From the human T2T-CHM13v2.0 reference genome, Homo sapiens, in the NCBI RefSeq assembly GCF_009914755.1, contig NC_060931.1: 64,000 bases of DNA. One strand, written 5' to 3'. Below are positions 38,605 to 49,010 of the stretch, one piece after another. The notes below the pieces were generated by a model, which saw only the letters and a list, made by a program, of their open reading frames with translations, did no database searches and was not told the origin of the DNA. The translations under genes were made by a program, and so were the position numbers. Numbering within the stretch: the stretch's first letter is position 1; the number at the start of each line of letters is the position of its first letter.

Positions 38605-39194
38605 TCAGAGGCATCTCAGCTCCAGCCTGGGGCCTCCAAACGGCTGCTAACATCCAGTTAATGCTCCAACTGCTGTTTAACAATTAACATTAATGACTTG
38701 GGGTGGGATGGGTGATTTGGTGGGATGAGAAGGGAAAAATCTGAAAAGTCAAAAGACATTTAACTTTTGAGGTTAAAAAACAGCTTCTCTATGAGAGATC
38801 TTGGCCTGGGCAGCCTATCTGGGGAACCAGCAGCTGACAGTCCTCCTTTGCCACTCTGCAATCCAGTTTCCTGGAGCAAAGCTACGGGCCTTTTAAAAAC
38901 CCAGCTGCCAGTCCCTCTTCACTCACTTCACCGGCCTCCAACTTGGCCTGCGCTGGGACTGATACTGTGGTCCTGGTCACCAGAGCCAAAATAGGGGGAA
39001 AGCTGGCTTGGAAAAAGCAGGCAACCAAGGGTACACACCGTTAGCCAATATTTGCAAGGCTGTTGGCAGATTAGATATATCTGTACTCAAACACTGCAAT
39101 CTGATTTCTCTGTCAAAAGTACACTTAACATTTTTGTCCCATTACTTAAATCTAGTGGATTTTCTACTCAGCATCAGGTAAGGCTCTCTTAGCC

Positions 39195-39197
<3 letters not shown>

Positions 39198-39240
<43 letters not shown>
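39198..39240. repeat. (GT)n microsatellite, one interruption
   Basis: Direct reading. Confidence 0.95.
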
Positions 39241-39243
<3 letters not shown>

Positions 39244-40536
39244 ATAGATTCTTATTTAACATGAGATATTTCCTGTGGGTGCAAGTGCAGTAGAGAAATG
39301 GGCCAAGTTCTCTGGACACGTGTGGATGTGTATATTGTGTTATACACAAGGCCCCAAATTCCTGCAACTATTTATACATGCAATTGTTCTGTTGTTTGCT
39401 GAGATGGAAATCATATACACAGAGTTACAAATTCCTGAAATGTTCCATCTATATTTGATATAAACAGACATACAGTAGCTGAGAAAGTAACACAGCTTGA
39501 CTATTGCTCTGTTTACCTTCTATTGGAAAAAATAATTGTATCCAGAACACCATATCAGCCTTATAGCACGACTGAATATCATGTTGCAATTAATTAACAA
39601 CCTGATATCTATTTGGGAGCAAATTTAAGGGAAGACTGGAGGCCTAGGAAATAGAATACAAAATCTCAAAACTTTTTAAAAAGAAGTAATTCCTGAAAGA
39701 ACAAAGCAAACTCATTCCTTCATACCATGCTTCTGAAAGCTATTCCAGCAGCCCCTCCCCCAAACAGGCATGTAATTTATGGATCTTTTACAAGGTAATA
39801 AACCACAGTAATTACCTCCCTGCATCCCAAACTAAGAGGACAAATTAAGTCAGAACTTGAAAATAATTTAAAAGAGTTTTCCCTTGTTTCAAATAGGAAA
39901 AGGAAACGCCAAGACATAGAAAACCACGCTTTTCCCGTAGGAAGAACCGATCATGAGCCCTGATGAAAGAAGGAAGAAGACCCGCTGTCTGCGAAGGCCT
40001 AAAGGTTAGAAATACAGCAATTTTTCTCATGCCGAAGGAAAGGCAAAATGGTCTAAGAAACTGCAAGAGTGTGATACAAGTTTTCCTCAACAGCGAGCTG
40101 GGACTGGCGACAATTTCTTAACTCACAGCCTCCGCAGTCGCCTTAGTCGACAAAGAGAGCAGCCCACGCAGCGGCCGCCGCGCCCGTGCCCGTGGCCTTT
40201 ACTTGCTTTTGCCCTGAAGTTCAGTGTAGTGGTTTGTTTGGGGCTTGCAGGAAGAAACAAACACACTCCCTCTGACTCTCCACAACCCATCTTTGCCTTC
40301 TGCAACCGCTTCTCCTGCCCATCGCTGGTTTTGGGGTAGGCTCTTTGTCTGCCTGAGGCCCCGCACTCGCAGGGCAAGAAGCTTAAAGGAATCCAACTCC
40401 AAACTCCTCCGAAGTTAAATATTGACCAGAACCTCTTTCAACAGGCCGCGGTTGCCAGGAACCGTGGAGGGCCAACTCCTCCCAACCGCCCTGGTGCAAA
40501 GTCCCACGCGGCGAAGAGTTTTGGAGCAGCGCTTAC

Positions 40537-40620
40537 CTAGAAAGATGTTTAAATTCTGAACCAGGAATTGTCTCCAACTCCAGGCGCTCAGGGAATCGCC
40601 TTTTCCGGTGTCCAGGCGCT
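40537..40620 (-). other. HOXA3: HOXA3 non-coding 5' UTR exon (84 nt)
   Basis: Acceptor tttgtctgcag|AGCG and donor CTAG|gtaagc; size fits the long HOXA3 leader as I recall it. Confidence 0.7.
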
Positions 40621-43224
40621 CTGCAGACAAATAAACAGCAGAAGGTGAATGGCGGCTGCGAGGGAAGGGAGTTGGAGGCCGGGAGTGGGAAGCGAGGCTC
40701 ATGCGGGCGCCAAGGTGGCCCTGGGGGTGACGCGAACATCAGGGAGTCACCAGGGCACTCGTCCGTGTGGCGCACTCATTGCTCGAAATGTTCCAGTCTA
40801 CAAATGGTCCGAAGATGGTGATTTATTTTTGTAAAATAAATACATACTCCATCTCCACACCCATACTTTCTCCTTTTTCTTTCTTTTTTTTGGGGGGGGA
40901 GTGGGGAAGGAAAGGACATGAAGCAAACAGAGGAAGCTGAGAAGGTGGAAGTGGCTTTGCTGGTGGTGTGGGCTGCTTTCAGAGAGCTCTCTCCTCAGGC
41001 ACCACAACTTGGAGAATGTGAATGCTTGCTTTATTTTCCTTTCCTAACAAAAGGAAGCCTTGTCTGGGAGCATTCAATCACGGACTCTCCTGAAACCTCA
41101 CTAATATGTGTTCATTTCTGTAGGCGCGAAATCAGACCCGGGTTCATTCCACTGGCCAGAGGCAGTCTTGGGAGGATTTGTGTTCTGGTTTATTCAACTC
41201 TGGGTGCGTTCCTTTTAGGTCCTAGTGGGCTGGCGGGGCTACCGCAGCACCTAGTCCCTCAGAGCAGGCCAGCTAAGGCTGCTGGAAACTGAGAGGGACG
41301 CCGGCTGGTACAATACCTGCTCAGGGGCCCTGCTCCTGCCTGGCCTTGCGCAACGGCCACAAGCCGATCTGATGCCTTGATTCTGCTCAAATCTCGTCCC
41401 TCACAGTATTTGCAACCCTCTCTTGCCCTCTAACCAGCAAATGGTCACCGAGCCGGCAGTCAGCTTTCTGGGAGTGGGAGATGATGGGGAAAGAGGAAAG
41501 AATCGTCCGCTCGCCGGACCCTGGCTTGGAGAAGTTCTGCGCTCCGCTGGGACTCTGCGGGCCCTTTGCGTCTACAGACCTATCCCTGCCCCGACTACCC
41601 CTTCACTCAGACCCAGGTAACCTCTTACCCCAGCCTGCCCCAAACCAGCCCTCCGCTGTCTGTCTGCCTTCACGCAATTCTGTAGATAGCGCTAAGAGGG
41701 GATATCAAATAGCTGAGGAGTCCCCTGACCCCTGGCTTCGGAGCCCCCTAGCACGTGGAACAAGTGGCCGCACACCGGTAGCTGCGCTCTGCCACAGTTC
41801 GACCCGTAGCCCCCACAAACCAAAGGAAAAGGACCCAGGATCCACGCTGCGCGCTGCGCCCCCTTTCTCTTGTTCAAACTTGCTTTCTGTGTCCCCAAAG
41901 GGAGTGCCCCCTGGTCTTGGGGCTCCTGGCATGACCATGAGCAAGGTGGACTCAGCCATCCTGCACTTTGCCTCTCAATTTCATTCCAGAAAGATCCGCT
42001 ATGCCGCCACCCACCACTCCCCTGCGTGACACTTAGGAGTATGTAATTATTATGGTTATTATTTTTGCTGTTTCCTTATCTCCAAGTCTAATATTCATGG
42101 CTGCTGTACCCCATAAATCGTTCAGACTAATGAGTCACAGAGAGATGCTGCCCAGGTCTCTCACTTTACAATGGCTGCCGCCGCCGCCGTGGCCTCTCTC
42201 TCCGCGTTTTTGGCGCTCGCTTGCTCCCTCGCTCGCCCGGCGCGGGTGATTTATGAACGCCGGGAAAATTGAACAAAGCCGCGCGCCCGTCCTGTGGTAT
42301 CTCTGCAGCCTTCCCCAGCGTGAATCAGAACATTACCAACTGTCTGCGCATCCGTCCCACTTCATCACCAAAGCCAGGATGTGACCGCAGAAAACCCAAG
42401 CCCGAACTCACGTTTCCCCGGACGCGGCGCGCTCCCTGGACTCGCAGAAACCCTGCGGAAAAGGCCCCAAGATCTGGTGAGGGCCTGCCAGCTCCGTCCT
42501 CCCTGCCGAGGGCTCTCTCCTGCCTTCCTGAAGGAGTTAAAAGCCTTTGGAGATAAATCTGAGGGTGTGTGTTTTTAAAAATCAAATGGTAAGTTGGAAT
42601 CTCACTTCTGAGAGATTCATTCCTAGTGAGGCCCTGACGACTCCGATCCATTCCTGACGATCTGCATTAATTATTTAATGAGTCACGTGACCTCAAAGAT
42701 TACAATTTCAATATCTCCCTTGCACAGGCGCTACACCTTTATCAGCTGCAACCAGGGTCCTTTTTTTGGCTCTGCCGGCCTCCGGGGCACATTCATCCTT
42801 GCCCTGGTCTGAGGCAAGCCACCACCATGGAAATAGCAGGGCAAGCATGACAGAATTAGTCATCCTGGGATTATGACCGTTGTGGATAGTGGGGAGTCCA
42901 CTGCTCTCCAAGATGCCCTGACATCTGTCCCCTCCTGAGCCCAGTGGCCAGTCCACCTGTCTGAGCTCTATGACTAGGGTGGCTTGGTTACAAAATCTCC
43001 CCAAGCAGCTTTGATGGCCCATGAGGCAAGAACCCATCCTTCTTCTCTGGCTGTACACACCTGTGACCGTCCAGGTCAAGTGTAAGCTTAGATGCATACC
43101 TCCATTCCTGGCAGAATATCTTCCTAAGAGGAAAGATGTCTGTGCTCTTATTGCTCTCTAGAGTGAGACTAAAGGTTGCATTCCACCCTCGTACTCATTA
43201 ACTTAAGGAACGGTGGAGGGAGGA

Positions 43225-43320
43225 TCATTCGGCTGCCTCAGTTTTCTCATCTGTAAATTAAGAAGATTGAACCAAAATGGCCTCCAGGTCTCCTTCACTT
43301 TGGACAGTCTTTCAATCTGG
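43225..43320 (+). mobile_element. MIR core fragment
   Basis: gcctcagttttctcatctgtaaattaagaagattgaaccaaaatggcctccaggtctccttca. Confidence 0.65.
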
Positions 43321-44454
43321 GAATCTCTTTCAGCCCCAGGAAACAATCCCAGAGAAAGTAGGGCTGGCTTGAAAGGGAAGGGGTTGCCCCGTGATTTTGG
43401 AGTCTTCAGAAGAGGTGCCAGAGTTCTGTAAGTTGCAGCCTAGAGGGTTTCAAGACAGCCACAGCAGCCTCCCTCATACCATCAAGGGAACAGAACACAC
43501 GTCTCTTCCTCCTATTGTTTCCAGCCCATGTGTTTCTTTGGAACACGAAGCAGAATTATTCTTGGGACAGTGTATAATATAGGGAAGGGGCAACACAGCA
43601 GCAGTTGAGAAAGGTGAGCCTGTGTTCTGCTATACAAGACTGTGTTTAGGGATGCAGAGACCAGGGGAGTGCCAAGGGCAGCCTACTGCCTGCACAGAAC
43701 CCACTCATTCAGAGGGGAAGCCCCAGGCTTTTTTGCTACATTGATTCTTTGGGTTTTTCTTCTCTTTCATTCTAAAGAGTCATTGATCTGTTTCTATGTG
43801 GGAACTGCTAGAGGGAAGGCAACAGTGAGGAGAGCAGAGTTTGGAAGCTTAGGGGAACAGGGGGACAGAGGAAAGATGGTGATATCCACCCCACCCCACC
43901 CCATAGGGAGGAGGCTGAGATATAGGGGAATGGGGCCCGCTGGGACAACTGGGTATGAAGTCAGAGATGCTATGCGAAGGGACTTCCCTCCTCCCCCATC
44001 TATCTAGGTAATCTTCCCATGGCTCCATCCTGGGTATTAAGTACTCTACTATGCCTGTCACAGTTGAATTCCTGCTGTAATAAAACACCGGGTATATCAT
44101 AGATTTCAGCAAAACTAGGGAAGGAAGCCTGCAAAGTGCCATTTTTCTTCAAGGGGGAGAGTGTTAAGTACTTAATTCAAACTGTGACCATTAAAGTGTC
44201 TCCTATCCGATTTAGGTCGATTTCAGATGTTGACAAAACTTTTGTCTCCGGAGTCATGCACAACTTGGCTCTGTGACTAAAGCAGATGAGTGTGTATTGG
44301 AGGGAGGGAGAAAGAGAGAAAAGGAGAGTATGTGTAAGGCTCATTTTGGTAAAATTATAGAGCTTACACAAAATACTGTCTTTAAAGGTCAAGGATTTGA
44401 GGGGCCAGTAGGGTTTGCTTAAAAAAAAAAAAACAATTAATGAGATAGAAAATT

Positions 44455-44471
44455 TGTCCTCTCGGTGAACT
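44455..44471 (-). promoter_or_regulatory. HOXA4 3' DR5 RARE
   Basis: Minus strand AGTTCA-ccgag-AGGACA, the paralog-group-4 3' RARE type. Confidence 0.82.
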
Positions 44472-44864
44472 CTTATGGTTGCCCTAGCAAAGGGCAGACA
44501 ATGCATGATTTTGAAGCACAAAGTGGGATTTTCTAATCTCTTATAACAAGCTCCCTTAAAGGCCAATTTGAAGCAGGCAAAACAACACTTAAGAAATGGC
44601 AATCATTTGGATCATTTTCTATAATCTGGGTTTTGTAAAACTCACCAATACCTTAATAATCAATACAGTTGGGACAAAAATGCCATCTTGTCCTGGAATA
44701 TCAGAAAAATGATCTCAATCCTCTCTCTTCCCTTTCTGGATGGACTTATAAGTGCAAGTGAAAGAAAGTCACCCCTTTCATCCTCATACAACTGCCTGCA
44801 GCATGAAGCTAATGAATATTCCCATACCCCTCTTTTCCCACAAAGGAGAAACATAAGAATTTAC

Positions 44865-45051
44865 CTTAAATGATGATAGTCTGCCATTTGAGATTTTGCA
44901 GCTTGACACTCAATTTCCACTGAGAGTCTAGGCATTTTTTTTTTTTTTAGCAGACAGCCAAGATGCTGTGTCCTTGCCTGAGACCACATTATTTGCAAGA
45001 AGATCCCTCTCTCCTCCACAGACTTTTCCCAGAGAATGCCTTTCAGAATTG
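44865..45051 (-). other. HOXA3: HOXA3 non-coding 5' UTR exon (about 187 nt)
   Basis: Donor TTAAG|gtaaat at 44865; acceptor attcaacag|CAAT at 45051. Confidence 0.55.
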
Positions 45052-46521
45052 CTGTTGAATTACAAAGAAGTATTTATTGTTTGAGGTGATTAATGATTCC
45101 TGGGAAAATTGTTATTTTCAGCGTGATTTAATTTTGTTTTACAAGTGTGTGTAGTAGGGGGAGGGTTAATAAGTTTCAGCAGCAGTTGCATTGCCTCCAG
45201 AAATCCCTGGCACCCGTTCACAACTTATAAAATGCACTTTATGCCAGGTTTATCCTGATTTGGGAAGGTAAGTGTGTATTTGATTGCTCCCGAATTTTCT
45301 TGGCTCTTCAGAGACTGGTATCTATCACTTTCCTCTCAAATCTGATTTGTAGGTATAGAACGGATCACCCTTGTTTGTATCACACACAGGGCAGCAGGGG
45401 TGAAAGGGGTACCAGCTCTGACACTGGCTAAAGGGTTTTGCCACTAATGAGAGAAATGTGTTTAAAAATTCTCTGATATTGCAGAGGCAGGTGAGCACTT
45501 ACTCCCATCTATGCTAAAATTACTACATTACTTAAAAGTTGCACTTTTTCAAGGCCAGGTGACAGTTCTAATATTCTGGGGCTAGTGTGCACAGGTTTTT
45601 GTGGTCTTATTGTAGGGAACTCCCTGCAGTAAGCATCAAATCTAAATCAGTAAACAAATACTAGGGTTGTAGAGATCGAGAAGTGGGTTTTGATTTTCAG
45701 CCTTTTGAATCTAGATCTCTGGAATCGAGCAGAAAAATCACAAAGCATTTGAGGAAAGTGACCCAGTTTGGCTATTTTCCAGCAGTAAACTCTCCCAGGT
45801 CTACTTTGCATGGGGTGAACTTTAGGGGTATATTATGCTTTTTCCTCAGAAGAGACATTGGAGAGTGTACTTGTAAAATTCAGTTTATTTGAAAGCTCTT
45901 TCTTCAAAAAAGAGAAACAAACAAGCAAACAAACAAAAATTCCCAGTCTGTAGTTAGTGAAGAGGACCTTAAGAACAGCCAGGAAACAAAAACTAATCTC
46001 AACCCTTTGCACAAACTATTTTTTATCTCCTGGGAAACAGGCAGATTAAGTGTGAAGGTGCAACAAATACCAAATACCAAAGAGACCACTTCTTTCCAAG
46101 TGTGCTCAGAGTTCAGTGTGTAGAACAGCTGCAGAAACTCCTGGGCCCACAGCACTGCATGGTTTCAACTTTCATTGCAGGGAAGGACACGTTTCTATGC
46201 CTTACAGAGACTTGAATCCTGAAAGCCTGGCCAAGTTTGGGAAGAAGAGGAGCCCTCTCAGAGCTCAAGAGCCTTCCTACTCTTTGGAACTTTTCCACAG
46301 TAGGCCAAGCTTGACAAGAGTTCAGCTCAAGTTGAACATACATACACACACTCTCACACACAAATTATGTGAGCTGTCAGAATCCAAGTGAATCCAGCTC
46401 AAGCTATCTACAAGGTTTTTACATGCAAGGTCAAGTATCTCAATCCAGAGGACTTTTGTTTTCTTAATGAAAAGCTTAGAAAACACATGAATCTTAGATT
46501 TTTAATGTTTTTTAAATGGAG

Positions 46522-46527
46522 TTTATT
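46522..46527 (-). terminator. HOXA4 polyadenylation signal (another at 46755-46760)
   Basis: AATAAA on the minus strand downstream of the HOXA4 stop. Confidence 0.65.
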
Positions 46528-47205
46528 CTTAGCACATGGCTTTCTATGTAGCCACATCACAATTTGTACAGTTCCACATAAGTCTAAATGCACTCCCCTC
46601 TCCCCAAAGACCGTGCCCCAGAAGGTGACAACAGTATCTCTGTAACAGTGTCTTAAATAAATGCAAGTAAGAAAAACTAACATGTCACACCTACCATCAA
46701 GGTCTACACATCTTAAGAATTAAATAATCTTGTGAGGTCCACAATGTCTACTCATTTATTCAGTTAAATACAAGCTTGGATGAGCTGCCTTAATGGGGGA
46801 AGAGGAGGTAAGGAAGGTGGGGAAAGGGTCTGTCTTCTTCTGCTTTCAACAAAGATGCAAGTGTATGTCCCCAGTCAGCATGGGCTGTCCAGCTAGCTGA
46901 CTGTAGCCATCTCAAAAGTATTTGATACCAAGTAGTCCTTCTCAGGTATCCACACCTGGCAGCCTTGTTTCGGGCCAGCAGGTTGTTCCACCAGCCAGCA
47001 TCCTGGACAACTGTTCTCTCTTGGGTGGCAACCAGCACAGACTCTTAACCGGATAATGTCTTCTTTTTGATTATTCTTTTTACCAATTTGGGTTTGTTTT
47101 GGTGTCTATTATGGTCCAGATGGGGAGGGGTGGATGAGGAACGGAGCAGGAGAAGAGAAGAGAAAAGCAGGTAAGGGATAGAAACTGGTTAAGATCTCTA
47201 GAAGA

Positions 47206-47552
47206 TTATATGGAGGAGGGAACGGGTGTGGAGGTGCTCGGGTGGGGGTGGGGATGGAGGTGTGGGCTCTGAGTTTGTGCTTTCCCTGGTGGGCCGGCAG
47301 AGGCCGAGGCCGAATTGGAGGATCGCATCTTGGTGTTGGGCAGTTTGTGGTCTTTCTTCCACTTCATCCTCCGGTTCTGAAACCAGATCTTGACCTGGCG
47401 CTCAGACAAACAGAGCGTGTGGGCGATCTCGATGCGGCGCCGCCGGGTCAGGTAGCGATTGAAGTGGAACTCCTTCTCCAGCTCCAAGACCTGCTGCCGG
47501 GTGTAGGCGGTTCGAGAGCGCTTAGGCTCCCCTCCGTTATAACTGGGGTTAA
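47206..47552 (-). CDS. HOXA4: Homeobox protein Hox-A4, coding exon 2 (homeodomain)
   Basis: Acceptor gttttcag|TT; [67 protein letters not shown]...PSSI*; joined CDS 963 nt = 320 aa. Confidence 0.99.
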
Positions 47553-47827
47553 CTGAAAACCCAGAACCCCGAAATAGAAGGCCAAGGAGGAGGGAGCGGA
47601 AGAGAGGGAAAGGAGGAGGAGAGAGAAGGTGGGGTGGGGAAGAGCAATTGGACATCATCATTATATAATAACCTGACACCAAGTTCACGCAAGATACATA
47701 AAACGGCAAAGAAAATGTTTCACAGGCTATTGACAACGGGAAACACCCGAGAGCCATAAAGAATGGTGCTGGGCATTGGGGCTGAAGAAAAGCTTCAAAG
47801 ACACATGGCCTGAAGCCTCTGCCAGGG

Positions 47828-47857
47828 CAATTAAATTTATGGGGGCTATAATTACTG
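47828..47857. promoter_or_regulatory. HB-1 element (clustered homeodomain/CDX sites) in the HOXA4 intron
   Basis: CAATTAAATTTATGGGGGCTATAATTACTG matches the conserved group-4 intron element. Confidence 0.8.
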
Positions 47858-48098
47858 CCCTAACAGTTTGGCGTCTCGTAAATCTCCTGATAAAGGGACC
47901 CTGGGTACAAAAGGGTTCTCATGTTGGGATCAGGCGGCTGGCTGGCGCGCACATACCCACATCTCACCGCAGCCCGGGCCAGATGGGGGCTCCCCTCCCG
48001 AGGCCCCCTTCCCCTGAGCCTCTCCCTCCTGACCCCGACCCTCGAACCCAGGCCCAGCCCCGGCCCACCTCCCGCGCCTCCCAAGCGGCGCCACGTAC

Positions 48099-48714
48099 CG
48101 GCGCTGACATGGATCTTCTTCATCCAGGGGTACACCACGGGCTCCTTGCCCTTCAGGCCCAGCGGGCTCTTGTCGGCCAAGAGCAGCGGGCACGCGGGGG
48201 CGCTGCCCCCTGCCGGGACGCCTGGGGTGGCGGGGGCCGCCTCGCAGCGCCGCGGGGCCGCTGGGGGCACGGCGCGAGGCTGCAGGGGCGGCGGCGGCTG
48301 GGGCTGCAGGACGTGGCTCGCATGCAGGCCGTGCGCTGGGCCCTTGGCTTGCGCCGGGGGCTGCTCGGGCTGGGGCGGCCGCCCGGGGCTGGCGCCGCCG
48401 CGGTAGCCATAGGGGTAGGCGGTGTCCGCGGCCCCATGCGCGGGGTACAGCGCGGCAGCAGGGTAGGCGGGCTCGCGGGCGGTCCGCGGCGCGTAGTAGG
48501 AGGCAGGGGGCTCTCGGCCGCCGCCCGCGTGAGGGAGCTGGGGCTGCTGCAGCGGCAGGTGCTGGGTCGGGGGCGCTGGGGGCTGCTGGTAGCCGGGGCC
48601 CCCGCCCGGGCCGCCGTCTGCGCCGCCCGAGCCGCTGTGCTGCGCGTACTCCTCGAAGGGAGGGAACTTGGGCTCGATGTAGTTGGAGTTTATCAAAAAC
48701 GAGCTCATGGTCAT
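48099..48714 (-). CDS. HOXA4: Homeobox protein Hox-A4, coding exon 1
   Basis: MTMSSFLINSNYIEPKFPPFEEY..., hexapeptide VYPWMK, donor GCCG|gtacgt; 616 nt. Confidence 0.99.
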
Positions 48715-48924
48715 TAATTTGTGAAGTGCAAAAATACTAATTTTTCTCGCGTTGTCGTTTTTTCTGGGCTTGCCGAGGCCCCTCCCCCTCCTGCCTCGCT
48801 TCCCATCCCCCTTTCCTCTGCGCCCTTCCCCTCCCCCCGCTGTCAAGTGCCCACTCCTCCCCCTCCCGCAGACGCCGCCACCAAAGTTCGAGCCGCTCCT
48901 CCCCAGCCCAGCGCGCGCCCCGCC

Positions 48925-49010
48925 CCGTGCCCCACGTGCAGCGCCCCCACCAATGGGCGCACCGCGCGCGCGGACCCGGATCAGGAAACGCGCGGGTGCG
49001 TGATGGATGC
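48925..49010. promoter_or_regulatory. HOXA4 proximal promoter: E-box, CCAAT and HOX-PBX site
   Basis: CACGTG 48933-48938, CCAAT 48950-48954, TGATGGAT 49001-49008 in a CpG island. Confidence 0.7.

Larger units (their letters stand above)
39897..46740 (+). ncRNA. HOXA-AS2: Antisense lncRNA HOXA-AS2 (span approximate; internal exons not resolved)
   Basis: Position between HOXA3 and HOXA4 from prior knowledge; plus-strand acceptor ttttcccttgtttcaaatag|gaaaagg at 39897; AATAAA at 46656-46661 and ATTAAA near 46719. Confidence 0.55.

Noticed and set aside
47776-48717. 313-aa antisense ORF over HOXA4 exon 1, and similar antisense or alternative-frame ORFs over other HOX exons and CpG islands
   Set aside because: Non-ATG start, low-complexity G/A/R/P composition; expected from stop-codon scarcity in GC-rich coding DNA
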